NCBI GenBank assembly: GCA_964615415.1
Contig: CAZTNI010000001.1
Coordinates: 176,746 to 240,745, forward strand
Direction of reading: 5' to 3'
DNA length: 64,000 nt
DNA from: an uncultured Candidatus Saccharibacteria bacterium
GTDB taxonomy: Bacteria > Patescibacteriota > Minisyncoccia > Phycocordibacterales > SBAW01
In this document: piece by piece, positions 28,252 through 37,717 of the stretch
Layout: each line of letters starts with the position of its first letter
Numbering within the stretch: position 1 is the stretch's first letter
Notes under the pieces: model-generated
The model's database searches: none
What the model was told of the DNA's origin: nothing
The model's input: the letters and a program-made list of their open reading frames with translations, nothing else
Program-made: the position numbers and the translations under genes

Positions 28252-28379
28252 TCGCGCCTCCTTGTTGGATTGATTGAAAAGGTCCTAGCGAACCGCACAG
28301 GAACCTACTTTTTAGACTACACTATTTTGTATAAAAAGTCAAGCCCCTCTCGCCACTAAGGACGGAGGGGCTTGTAAGC

Positions 28380-29300
28380 TTACGCAGCAAGCAGTTGAAT
28401 GCCGCGGTCGATGTCTTCAAATACAGCCGGGTCCTTGTGGTCGTAGTACGCGGTTGCGACTCCGACACCTCGGCAGCCTCGTGCAAAGAAGGGTTCGGCT
28501 GTAGACCAGCCTCGAATGCCGCCGAGACCCACAACACCGTAGCGTCCTTCGGAAAACTGTACGAAGTCTGCTGCGTTTTCGAGTGCGAGCTCATGGAGCG
28601 CGGTGCCACCGACCCCGCCCCAGCCATTGTTGACTCCAAGTGCAGGCGTTCCATCTGGTTTCAGTAACCGGCCCCGCTTGGTGTTGCTGGTACTGAGTAG
28701 CCGCACTTGCGGACACCTCAATACGACAGATGCGATTTCCTTGCGCAACTGGCGGTCAGTGTATGGTGGAAGTTTTAGCGACAGTTCGACATGCGGTGCA
28801 GCGGCATATGTTTCGTGCAAGATGGCGTCGACCTTGTCGGGATTTTCTCCCGGAGGTGTCGCTAATTCGCCTGGTCGAGCGGCGCTGTTAAAGCACCCTA
28901 GGTCGAATTCGATAAGCATCTGCACATCAATGCCGACGCGGCGTGCTCCGTTCGCTGCACTGTGTGCTGCATCCGCCATCATCGCAAATTCTTCAGGTGT
29001 GTCTGCATACACACTGGCGACAAACACTTTTTTTACGTGTGCAACTATTGCTGCCATGTAAGAAATAGTGGCTGTCATGGCGTGCATGCCGCGGTTGCCG
29101 AGGTTCTTCCCGTTGATCGACGTGCCATCAGGTAAGACAACAAAGTCCGTCCCGGTAGCGTTGTGTGGTCGGGGCTCGGGTGTGTGCGTCTTCAAGACGA
29201 CGTGGGTAAGAGAAGGAATTGCGAGAAGCTTTCGCAGCTCTCCAACATCTTCGGCTGGACCGGCGCCGTTCATGAGGAAGTAACGAGGCAGTTCGAACAT
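28380..29300 (-). CDS. pyrD: dihydroorotate dehydrogenase-like flavoprotein
   Basis: MNGAG, KT.T.EPR..N, DLGCFN, KLPPY, SNT, GGVGG, GLGGI. Confidence 0.8.
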   Translation of the reverse strand: MFELPRYFLMNGAGPAEDVGELRKLLAIPSLTHVVLKTHTPEPRPHNATGTDFVVLPDGTSINGKNLGNRGMHAMTATISYMAAIVAHVKKVFVASVYADTPEEFAMMADAAHSAANGARRVGIDVQMLIEFDLGCFNSAARPGELATPPGENPDKVDAILHETYAAAPHVELSLKLPPYTDRQLRKEIASVVLRCPQVRLLSTSNTKRGRLLKPDGTPALGVNNGWGGVGGTALHELALENAADFVQFSEGRYGVVGLGGIRGWSTAEPFFARGCRGVGVATAYYDHKDPAVFEDIDRGIQLLAA

Positions 29301-29432
29301 CTGTACGCTCCTTCGAGTTAAGAACAGTTTCTAACAAAAGATCATACTTGCATACAGATAAAAATGCTACACTAAGGCTTTAGAAGCTCTCGTTACATGA
29401 GCTCCGATCAGCAACAGAAAGGAGTCTTGCTA

Positions 29433-29687
29433 ATGCATACGATTACGCTGCGTCCAGAAAAAGCTGACGCAATCGTGCCGCGCTTGGTGCGGATCACCGA
29501 CCGACACTCTATCAGAGTGAAGGTCGAAGGAGGGCTCTCGCCCCAGAGTGCTTACGCACAATGCTTGCTCCAAGGGTCGTTGCGCAAACTCGGCTCCGAA
29601 GGGAAAGCAATTCATGGTCGAGGACCAGATATCCTCGAAAAAAAGATGCATGAATGGCAGCCGGGTGGATTCCTGGTGACGCAATAA
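29433..29687 (+). CDS. hypothetical protein
   Basis: AAGGAG SD, terminator downstream. Confidence 0.5.
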   Translation: MHTITLRPEKADAIVPRLVRITDRHSIRVKVEGGLSPQSAYAQCLLQGSLRKLGSEGKAIHGRGPDILEKKMHEWQPGGFLVTQ

Positions 29688-29819
29688 ATAAAGCCCTCTT
29701 CGTTTTCTTGGCCGCACACTCGCGGCCTTCTCTTTTTGTTGTCAAAATTTACAGGCATGTTAAAGTTTGTTTTTGGAAGATCTACATTGAAACCGGCTAT
29801 AACAAAGGAGATGTAGCCA

Positions 29820-30002
29820 GTGGTCACTGCTTGGGGCGAAGAACTATCAGAGAAGCAAGTCGACACGCTCCTTTCCAAGGAGTACAGGAGGGAACACAAG
29901 AGCGATCCTCCATCTACGCTTAATCTCCGTCGACACTTTGCTAGGGTTACGGGTCTGGAAATTCCAATACTCGTATCAGCCCTCATAGGGATAGCTTCCT
30001 AG
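29820..30002 (+). CDS. small hypothetical protein
   Basis: AAGGAG SD before GTG, hairpin after the stop. Confidence 0.4.
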   Translation: MVTAWGEELSEKQVDTLLSKEYRREHKSDPPSTLNLRRHFARVTGLEIPILVSALIGIAS

Positions 30003-30106
30003 TACGTGTGCGTTAGCGCCCTCCAATCCTGGAGGGCGCTTTGATTTTTATGGCGAGGCTTGATAGGCTGCGGGCAGATTCCATAGGGTTCAAAAAGAGG
30101 TGTGCT

Positions 30107-30586
30107 ATGAAAGCTGAAGACCGCCTAAAGATCGCTTTTGCAATTTCGGGTTGGCCCGAGAGTTCGGGTGTGCGAATCAAAACAACTGCTCCCACAGGAG
30201 TGTATATATCCAGTAAAAATAGGGAAGCTGCACAGTGGCACTTTCCGCGAGTAGTAGTTTCGTTTGTAAGAATGCTCGAGTTGCTGAAACCGGAAGACGG
30301 CGGAGGCCTCACCTACTCGCAGGTGAATTGGGACAAAGCTCTTGTCGATGGGGTGGGAGAGTTGGAGATACGCGTAACGAGCGCAAATGAAATGTCAGAG
30401 ATAATGCGAACAGGTACTCCTCAAATTATAGCTCCCGTCGAAAAACTTAGGATAGAGGAATGGAATGGTCCTCAGGGCGGAGTGTTCTTTATGGGGTGGG
30501 ACCTGCCTGGAGATAAGATGGATAAATGGTTGGTGGAATCAGTGACCCAAGACCTTGGACTCCCTAAGCCTCCGCAGACTCCTTAG
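30107..30586 (+). CDS. hypothetical protein
   Basis: GAGGTG SD before ATG 30107, terminator downstream. Confidence 0.6.
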   Translation: MKAEDRLKIAFAISGWPESSGVRIKTTAPTGVYISSKNREAAQWHFPRVVVSFVRMLELLKPEDGGGLTYSQVNWDKALVDGVGELEIRVTSANEMSEIMRTGTPQIIAPVEKLRIEEWNGPQGGVFFMGWDLPGDKMDKWLVESVTQDLGLPKPPQTP

Positions 30587-30630
30587 TTTTTGTTTTTACT
30601 CTCCGGCCAGAAATGGCCGGAATTTTTTTG

Positions 30631-30701
30631 TGGGCGCGGCAGGGATCGAACCTGCGACCAGTCGTGTATAAGACGACGGCTCTACCACTGAGCTACGCGC
30701 C
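30631..30701 (-). tRNA. tRNA with atypical 6-nt anticodon loop (Ile/Val-like body, identity unresolved)
   Basis: Perfect acceptor, D and T arms, A73; anticodon arm GTCGT-CTATAC-ACGAC. Confidence 0.8.
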
Positions 30702-30797
30702 CGAGTGAGGAACAAAGAATACAAGCTAGCTTGTATTCTTGCCGAACGAGGGCATGTATCGAAGATACGCGCCCATTCGCATCACTATATCGTACCG

Positions 30798-33005
30798 TTA
30801 CTCAAAATGCATGGCTTCTCTGCGAGAGGAGACTGCTTCTTTTAAGAGAGGGTGTTTCGTAAGCGTTTCGTCGGACTTTATTAAGGCGAGCGCCTCGGTA
30901 CGCGCAGCTTCTACAAGTTTGAGGTTTTTAATCGCTTCCATGCCGATGTCCGAGATGCCCCACTGACTTCTGCCGGAAAGTTCTCCGGGGCCGCGCTGCT
31001 GTAGGTCCATCTCGGCGAGTTCGAATCCATTTTTTGCTTTTGTAAGTGCTTTGAGGCGTGCAATCGTTTTTTCTCCCTGTGTTTCCGGACAGACAAAACA
31101 ATACGCTTGGTGAGTGGAGCGTACGACGCGTCCGCGTAACTGGTGGAGTTGCGATAGGCCGAAGCGTTCGGCGCCTTCAATAAAAATCATCGTCGCGTTC
31201 GGCACGTTAACGCCGACTTCGACTACCGACGTTGCAACAAGAATATCTATCTCGTGGTTTGAAAAGCGCTCCATCACCGCGTCTTTTTCCGCAGGCTTCA
31301 TCTTGCTGTGAAGTATATCTATTTCGTAGTCTTGAAATACTTCTTTTTTAAGACGTTTAGCTTCAGCGGTAACAGACTTTGCCATCAGTGCAAACATCTT
31401 GTCTTTATCTGGCTCATCGATGCGCGGACAAATAACGTATGCTTGGCGGCCGGCCGCAAGCTCCTCGTGCATTTTTTTATACGCTTCCGTACGATCTTTC
31501 GTCTCGACAATCTCGGTAATGATCGGCTTTCTGCCCGGAGGCATCTGGTCAAGGAGTGTCAGGTCGAGGTCGCCGTAAAGGGTGAGCGCAAGTGTGCGCG
31601 GGATCGGTGTTGCGGTCATGGAAAGGAGGTGCGGCAGTTGCTCGTCTTTGCGCGCGAGCTTGCGACGTTGGTTAATACCGAAGCGGTGCTGTTCGTCTAT
31701 AACCACAAGTGCTAAATGTTTAAACTGCACCGACTTTTCGATAAGTGAATGCGTACCTATTACGACCGGAATCTCGCCATTCGCCACCCATTTTAAAAGT
31801 TGAGTGCGGGAAATATTAGTCGCTTCGTCCTTGCTGACTTTGGAAGGGAATTTAAAACAACCGCTTCCAGTAATAAGGCCTATATTAATTGGGAACTGTT
31901 CGAAGTATTTTATAAACGACTCGAAGTGCTGCTTCGCTAAAATTTCTGTCGGTGCCATGTATGCAACTTGTAAATTGCCAAAACTTTGGCCGCTCGGGCG
32001 GGTACGCACCGCAGCGTACGCAGCCGTGGCTGCGACGGCAGTCTTGCCTGAGCCTACGTCGCCTTCAAGGAGGCGCGACATAGGGTGACCGCTCCTCATG
32101 TCTTTAAGGATCGCGTTAATCGCTTTCATTTGCGCTGGTGTTGCAGTAAAGGGGAACTGCGAGATAAATTCCTCTACTATTTCTTGTGGTGCGTCGACAA
32201 CAAAACTTTTTTCATGCGCTTGCTCGGCGCGTTCTTTGCCGCGCGCAAGTTGGATATAAAATACCTCTTCAAATGCGAAACGCTTCCGCGCCGCTTCCGC
32301 ATCTTTTAGGTCTTGTGGAGTATGGATCCACACAAGTGCTGTTTTTAATGTGGGTAGGTTATATTTTTTTAAAATATCTGCAGGAATAGGATCTTCTGCG
32401 CTTTCAAGCACGCCCGCACCAAGTACACGCTCTATCGCGTGACGGAACCATAGTGAAGTAATCCCTCGTGTTTCTGGATATTGAGCGAAGATCCTCCCCG
32501 CAAGCTCCTCTGTAGAAGTCCTCGGTTCTCCGTCCTGTGGACGGCCAGACTTCTCCATAGAATCTTGCAGGGAGGATCTAAAGAGTCCGACATCAGTAGC
32601 AGAAATTTTTTCTAAGCGTGGGTTGGCGAGATACATTTTCTCGCCTTGGCCCGTCACTTTGCCCGTTGCTTTTACGAGTGTGCCATCTTGATACATCTTG
32701 GCGATGTATGGTTGGTTAAACCACATCAGTTTTATCCGACCGTTTTGGTCGCGTAGGAAGCCGGTCGTCGCAGGCACGCGGCTTTTCCATAACTTCTTAG
32801 CCTCAAGTTTTTCAAGCGTGCCGACAATAGACACTTCCGCTCCGGGTGTTAGTTCCGCGGTACTTTTTTCCTCGCCCGCCATCTCGTAGCGAAAGGGGAA
32901 GTGGTAGAGCAAATCCTGCGCAGTGGTAATCCCTAAATGCGAAAGCGCCGCCTTGTGTACCTCGCTCAGGCGGAAGAAAGCTGAAAGATTGCTTGACAAA
33001 TTCAT
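30798..33005 (-). CDS. recG: ATP-dependent DNA helicase RecG
   Basis: GDVGSGKT, DEQH, TATPIPR, QLRGRV, RGPGE; wedge domain. Confidence 0.96.
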   Translation of the reverse strand: MNLSSNLSAFFRLSEVHKAALSHLGITTAQDLLYHFPFRYEMAGEEKSTAELTPGAEVSIVGTLEKLEAKKLWKSRVPATTGFLRDQNGRIKLMWFNQPYIAKMYQDGTLVKATGKVTGQGEKMYLANPRLEKISATDVGLFRSSLQDSMEKSGRPQDGEPRTSTEELAGRIFAQYPETRGITSLWFRHAIERVLGAGVLESAEDPIPADILKKYNLPTLKTALVWIHTPQDLKDAEAARKRFAFEEVFYIQLARGKERAEQAHEKSFVVDAPQEIVEEFISQFPFTATPAQMKAINAILKDMRSGHPMSRLLEGDVGSGKTAVAATAAYAAVRTRPSGQSFGNLQVAYMAPTEILAKQHFESFIKYFEQFPINIGLITGSGCFKFPSKVSKDEATNISRTQLLKWVANGEIPVVIGTHSLIEKSVQFKHLALVVIDEQHRFGINQRRKLARKDEQLPHLLSMTATPIPRTLALTLYGDLDLTLLDQMPPGRKPIITEIVETKDRTEAYKKMHEELAAGRQAYVICPRIDEPDKDKMFALMAKSVTAEAKRLKKEVFQDYEIDILHSKMKPAEKDAVMERFSNHEIDILVATSVVEVGVNVPNATMIFIEGAERFGLSQLHQLRGRVVRSTHQAYCFVCPETQGEKTIARLKALTKAKNGFELAEMDLQQRGPGELSGRSQWGISDIGMEAIKNLKLVEAARTEALALIKSDETLTKHPLLKEAVSSRREAMHFE
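32489..32579. repeat. palindromic element copy 3, in frame inside recG
   Basis: 32-bp imperfect arms AGATCCTCCC...GGGAGGATCT; core 32518-32531 and 32543-32550. Confidence 0.85.
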
Positions 33006-33054
33006 AAAATTACTGTATTTTCCTTTCGGATCAGATCAACACAGGAGGGCAGCA

Positions 33055-33675
33055 ATGCTCAGTTTTTTGCTGAGAGTGTTCGAGTGGTTTTGGGCAAAGA
33101 GGGAAATTCTTCCCTATAACCCAGACGTTATCGTACCTCTTGATTATGCTATGGGCCAGGATCGGCACATCAGCAGTATGACCGTCGCCGGTCTGTATGA
33201 GGCGGCTACGTACAGTGTTCAGTTTAAAGATGCTACTGTGGCGTATGCAAACTCGAGTCACTGCTTCCCGGGTTCCGAGGAAGTCATCGCTCAGGAGAAG
33301 TGGGAGTATCTTTCTGCGATTCCGTGGGGCTACCACCCCAAGGAAACAATCGACGCGGGCGGGATCGTCAACTCCGTTACGGAAGCGTTTGCTGTGCGAG
33401 ATGCACTAGAAGAAAAAGGCATTCAGCCTAAAGAAATTCTGGTGATCACCGGCAAGCAGCACTCCCGCAGTGCGCTCTATATATGGCGGAAGGTGTTTCC
33501 TCTGGCGGAAATCTCGCTCGTCTACTTCAGAGGGCTTGAATGGCACCCTACTCATATGTTCCCGTCGCAGCGTGGTGGGTGGGTGTGGGCCAAGGCGAAT
33601 ATTCTTCGGCAAGCAGCACTGCGGATCATGGGACTCAAGTGGGTCGCCAAGCAGCAGCACAAACCTTCTCAGTAA
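33055..33675 (+). CDS. YdcF/DUF218-like protein
   Basis: NSVTEA, ILVIT..HSRSA; AGGAGG SD. Confidence 0.7.
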   Translation: MLSFLLRVFEWFWAKREILPYNPDVIVPLDYAMGQDRHISSMTVAGLYEAATYSVQFKDATVAYANSSHCFPGSEEVIAQEKWEYLSAIPWGYHPKETIDAGGIVNSVTEAFAVRDALEEKGIQPKEILVITGKQHSRSALYIWRKVFPLAEISLVYFRGLEWHPTHMFPSQRGGWVWAKANILRQAALRIMGLKWVAKQQHKPSQ

Positions 33676-33736
33676 TTCTCTCTCCAAGCAGTCCGGTACG
33701 CCGGGCTGCTTTTCTTTTTCTGCTATACTCACTCCC

Positions 33737-34879
33737 ATGAGTAAGAAAGACCTCGGAAAGGAAGCGCTGGAATTACACAAGAAGTACAAGGGGAAGCTGT
33801 TTACGGGGCTCAATAAAAAGATTAAGAATCGCGAGGATCTTTCCTTAATGTACACGCCCGGTGTCGGTGCTGTATCTTCATTTGTTGCAAAGCATCCAGA
33901 AAAAGTTCGCGACTATACTATTAAAAATAATACTGTTGCCGTTATCTCCGATGGCTCGGCTGTGCTTGGTCTCGGCAACATTGGCCCGTACGGTGCACTG
34001 CCGGTTATGGAAGGAAAGGCTGCGTTGTTTAAAACATTTGCAAACATAGACGCATTTCCTATTGTGCTCGACACGCAAAACGTCGATGAGATTGTGGAAA
34101 CGATTGTGCGCATCGCTCCGGTCTTTGGAGGCATTAACTTGGAAGACTTTGCTGCGCCAAACTGTTTTGAAATAGAGGAGCGTGTGAAGGCGGCGCTTGA
34201 TATTCCGGTCATGCATGACGACCAACACGGTACGGCTATTGTTGTTGCTGCAGCGCTTATGAATGCAGCAAAAGTAGTAAAGAAAGATTTTAAAAAGTTG
34301 CGCGTCGTTGTCTCGGGCGCAGGCGCTGCGGGGACTGCGGTGACCAAGCTCCTGCTTTTAGCGGGCGTGAAAGATATCATTGTCCTCGACACGAAGGGAA
34401 TTATTGTCGAAGGGCGCGACAATTTAACGCCACACAAGGTAGAGCTTTCTCAGCTTACGAACCCGCATAAAGTTTCAGGTGGATTTAACGAGGCTCTCTC
34501 TGGTGCGGATGTGCTTATTGGTCTGTGCGGCCCAGGCATCATCAACAAAAACCATATTGCGTTGATGGCTAAGAATGCGATCGTCTTCGCGATGGCAAAT
34601 CCGGTGCCGGAAATTATGCCGGACGAAGCGCGTGCAGGTGGAGCGGTAGTTGTTGCAACGGGGCGCTCGGACTTTCCAAACCAGGTTAACAACTCGCTCG
34701 TATTTCCTGGAGTGTTTCGCGGTGCGCTCGACAACAAGGTTAAAAAAATTACCGACACGATGAAGTTGAAGGCGGCTAAAAATCTTGCAGCACTGGTAAA
34801 GAAACCTTCTGCAGAAAAAGTTATTCCAACACCGTTTGAAAAAGGAATTGTGGAAGCTGTGGCAAAAGCCATTAAGTAA
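33737..34879 (+). CDS. NAD(P)-dependent malic enzyme
   Basis: YTPGV, SDGSAVLGLG, MEGKA, HDDQHGT, GAGAAG, NQVNN. Confidence 0.93.
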   Translation: MSKKDLGKEALELHKKYKGKLFTGLNKKIKNREDLSLMYTPGVGAVSSFVAKHPEKVRDYTIKNNTVAVISDGSAVLGLGNIGPYGALPVMEGKAALFKTFANIDAFPIVLDTQNVDEIVETIVRIAPVFGGINLEDFAAPNCFEIEERVKAALDIPVMHDDQHGTAIVVAAALMNAAKVVKKDFKKLRVVVSGAGAAGTAVTKLLLLAGVKDIIVLDTKGIIVEGRDNLTPHKVELSQLTNPHKVSGGFNEALSGADVLIGLCGPGIINKNHIALMAKNAIVFAMANPVPEIMPDEARAGGAVVVATGRSDFPNQVNNSLVFPGVFRGALDNKVKKITDTMKLKAAKNLAALVKKPSAEKVIPTPFEKGIVEAVAKAIK

Positions 34880-34912
34880 AAGGCCGCCCGTAGGGCGGCC
34901 TGTTCGTATTAG

Positions 34913-35371
34913 CTAATTGAGCCAATACCAGTTAAGAAACTCAAGCATCTTTGCCTCGATGGTTGGGATGCTGTGCTGCGTCCACTTGTGGTTCATGGGA
35001 CGCGTGTGAGTTTCTAAATATGTTGCGAGTCTGCGCACTACTTCTTGTTCGGACTTATCGAACTGAAGCGTTTTTCCTGCCACTACTCGCACTGATGTAG
35101 CGGTATGAATAGCGACCGCTAACGCAGTTGCGAAAGCACCAAACCCGGTGCCACACATGCCCGCGAGGCGCAAAGCGAGTATGGCTGCGTATCCTTTGCG
35201 TAAGGTGTCACGCAAGGTTGTAAGGGTGGCACGATCGTCGTTGTCGGTGCTAAAGAGATCTAGGATCTCTTTAGCGGTGGTACCCCACCAGTCTTCCTCT
35301 GTCCTAAGGCGAAGCTTCCTCTTTCGAGAATGCGACGGCTCAGGAGAAGACGCTTCCACTGTCATCTGCAC
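34913..35371 (-). CDS. hypothetical protein
   Basis: AAGGAG SD, terminator downstream. Confidence 0.55.
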   Translation of the reverse strand: MQMTVEASSPEPSHSRKRKLRLRTEEDWWGTTAKEILDLFSTDNDDRATLTTLRDTLRKGYAAILALRLAGMCGTGFGAFATALAVAIHTATSVRVVAGKTLQFDKSEQEVVRRLATYLETHTRPMNHKWTQHSIPTIEAKMLEFLNWYWLN

Positions 35372-35509
35372 GAATGTCTCCTTTGTAGTCTTCTATAACG
35401 CCCAAAAGAACGCTAAAACCTTTATACGCACCATGTCTATATATGTCAAGAAAATGGGCATAGAAACGCTTCTCCTGGGGCCACAAAATAGGTACACTAC
35501 AAGTATGGG

Positions 35510-36082
35510 ATGAAAGGGGAAGCCCTTTCGTTCGTCTTAGATATGAGAGATGAAGTACAGCAAGCATTCCAGGCTGCGTATGAACGTTATAATGACGAGC
35601 TTTTTCGCCATTGTGCGCTCCGGCTTTCTGACCGAGAGCGAGCTCTGGAACTTACTCAGGAAGCCTTTCTTCGCACCTGGAAGTATCTCTCCGGGGGACA
35701 GGAAATTCAGGAGCTTCGGCCGTTTCTGTACCGCACGTTGAAGAACCTCATCATCGACGAATATCGCAAAATGAAGACGTACTCACTTGAAGCAATGATA
35801 GACCAGGAAGAAGGAGAGACTGTAGAGTCTTTGTTGCCTCAAGATGATTCGAACACGCTCGAAGCGGCAATTGATCGTTTTGAAGGGAAGCGGGCACTCG
35901 ATATGCTTTCGAAATTACCGATTGCATATAAAGAAGTGCTTGTGATGCGGTACGTTGACGGGCTGTCCCCGAAAGAAATTGCAGAAGAGTTGAGTGAGAG
36001 TGAAAATACAATATCCGTACGTTTGCATCGGGCGCTCAAGAAGCTGCGCGACTTGTTTGAAGTAGAAGAAACACGACTATGA
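35510..36082 (+). CDS. ECF-type RNA polymerase sigma factor
   Basis: ELTQEAFLRTW (region 2), GLSPKEIAE..ISVRLHRA (region 4); start may be ATG 35543. Confidence 0.9.
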   Translation: MKGEALSFVLDMRDEVQQAFQAAYERYNDELFRHCALRLSDRERALELTQEAFLRTWKYLSGGQEIQELRPFLYRTLKNLIIDEYRKMKTYSLEAMIDQEEGETVESLLPQDDSNTLEAAIDRFEGKRALDMLSKLPIAYKEVLVMRYVDGLSPKEIAEELSESENTISVRLHRALKKLRDLFEVEETRL

Positions 36083-37374
36083 AAACTCCATTAGAAAAAC
36101 TCAAAAAAGAGGCTGACGCTATTCGCTTGTCACAAGCGGAGAAGGCGGCTATGTGGGCACGCATCGAAGCAGAGATGCGGGGAGCCTCGCGCCCGGCCGC
36201 ACGTCCTGTGAAGAGTACGTACTTTGTGTATTCATGGCGGATGGTCGGCAGTTTTGCGATGTTGGTACTTATTGTGCTTGGTACCGGTACTACCTACGCA
36301 GCAGGAGGTGCACTTCCAGGGAGCCCGCTCTATCCTCTTAAGGTAGGAGTTGCGGAGCCTATTAAAGGCGCGCTCGCATTTTCAAACGAAGCTAAAGCAG
36401 AATTTCATACTGAAGTAGCACAAACTCGTCTTGAGGAAGCTGAGGCGCTTGCCGCACAAGGAAGACTTACAGATGAAGTAAGCGCAACACTTGCGGCGCG
36501 CATTACGCAGCATGTCGAAGAAGTGCAGACTATTGTAAAAAAGATTGAAGAAGTAGACCCTGTGGCTGCGTTAGAAGTAACGGTGCAAGTTGACTCCTCT
36601 CTTGCTGCACACAGCGAGGTGCTTGCGCACCTGGGTGGTGAAAGTAGCGACGAAGCAACGCGTGCAAACGCAGTCGTAATTGCATTTAATACTTCCTCAC
36701 AAAATGCTGCTATGGGCGGGAGCGGCGATGCAAGCGACGCAGTTGCTATGAAGATGGCTGCACCATCAGCAAACACGGAAGTGTCTACTTTCGGTGTGTC
36801 AGTGGCTACTAACTCTGCGCCTGCAGAACAGGCTTCTACTACCGCTTCAGCTACTATGGAAATGCGCCTTGCTCCTGCACGTACCGCATCCTTTACTTCG
36901 GCAGAAGAAACCATGCTACGTCAACTTGAACGTCGTGTAGAGAGTCGCCTTCAAACAGTACGTAGTCAGTACAACAGTATTAAGAAATCTCTTTCTGCTA
37001 CAACTACCGGAGCGGTTGAGGCACGCATCAACTTTTTTGAAGAGCGTATTGATGCAGCTGCAGAAGCTCGTCAAAGTGGCGACTACGAATTATCGAAAGC
37101 CGAATACAATTCGGTGTTGAGCGGTGTTGTCGAACTTTCCACCTTCCTCTCTGCAAGCAAGAAATTTAATAAGGGTATTCTCGACTCGCTCCTTAGTAAG
37201 TACGGTCTTACCGTCGGGGAAGTTAAAGGAGATATGGATATACGGTTTGAAGTAGGGGCGCATAAAGGAGAACAAACAGAACCGGCGCAGCCAAAGCAGG
37301 AGATCGAAATAGAAAAACCAGAAATAGAAAAACCCGAAGCCCCACGAGGTATTAAACTCGATATCTCGCTGTAG
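36079..37374 (+). CDS. putative anti-sigma membrane protein (DUF5667-like)
   Basis: ATGA overlap with the sigma gene, one TM, ALPGSPLYPLK..E..RLEEA. Confidence 0.7.
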   Translation: MKTPLEKLKKEADAIRLSQAEKAAMWARIEAEMRGASRPAARPVKSTYFVYSWRMVGSFAMLVLIVLGTGTTYAAGGALPGSPLYPLKVGVAEPIKGALAFSNEAKAEFHTEVAQTRLEEAEALAAQGRLTDEVSATLAARITQHVEEVQTIVKKIEEVDPVAALEVTVQVDSSLAAHSEVLAHLGGESSDEATRANAVVIAFNTSSQNAAMGGSGDASDAVAMKMAAPSANTEVSTFGVSVATNSAPAEQASTTASATMEMRLAPARTASFTSAEETMLRQLERRVESRLQTVRSQYNSIKKSLSATTTGAVEARINFFEERIDAAAEARQSGDYELSKAEYNSVLSGVVELSTFLSASKKFNKGILDSLLSKYGLTVGEVKGDMDIRFEVGAHKGEQTEPAQPKQEIEIEKPEIEKPEAPRGIKLDISL

Positions 37375-37409
37375 ATTGCGCTTTTATAAGCATATGCTAA
37401 TATTTGCAT

Positions 37410-37706
37410 ATGTCTGATTTGTGCGCGGAGATTGCAAAGATGGGCAAAGGCATTGGTAACGAAAATCGCTACCGTGTTTTACAAGCGCTTGCAAGCGGTC
37501 CACGTACGGTTGGAGAAATAGTGAAAGTGGTTAAGCTCTCGCAGCCTGCCGTCTCTCAGCATTTAAAAGTGCTCAAGGAAGCGGAGTTGGTACTCGATGA
37601 ACGCAAGGGCCAGGAAGTGTACTACTCGACCAATGTGTCTTACATGGCGGCATTGCTACAAAAGTTAGCTATGGATGTGCAAAAGGGAAAGAAAGTTACT
37701 AAATAA
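37410..37706 (+). CDS. ArsR/SmtB family regulator
   Basis: TVGEIV..LSQPAVSQHLKVL..RKG..VYY; palindrome AGCATATGCT just upstream. Confidence 0.9.
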   Translation: MSDLCAEIAKMGKGIGNENRYRVLQALASGPRTVGEIVKVVKLSQPAVSQHLKVLKEAELVLDERKGQEVYYSTNVSYMAALLQKLAMDVQKGKKVTK

Positions 37707-37717
37707 TTTATTTTTTT

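Noticed and set aside
27574-28359. 261-aa + strand ORF
   Set aside because: Antisense shadow of the lipase-like gene
37299-37338. Short tandem repeat encoding EIEKP twice
   Set aside because: Low-complexity protein tail; no wider pattern
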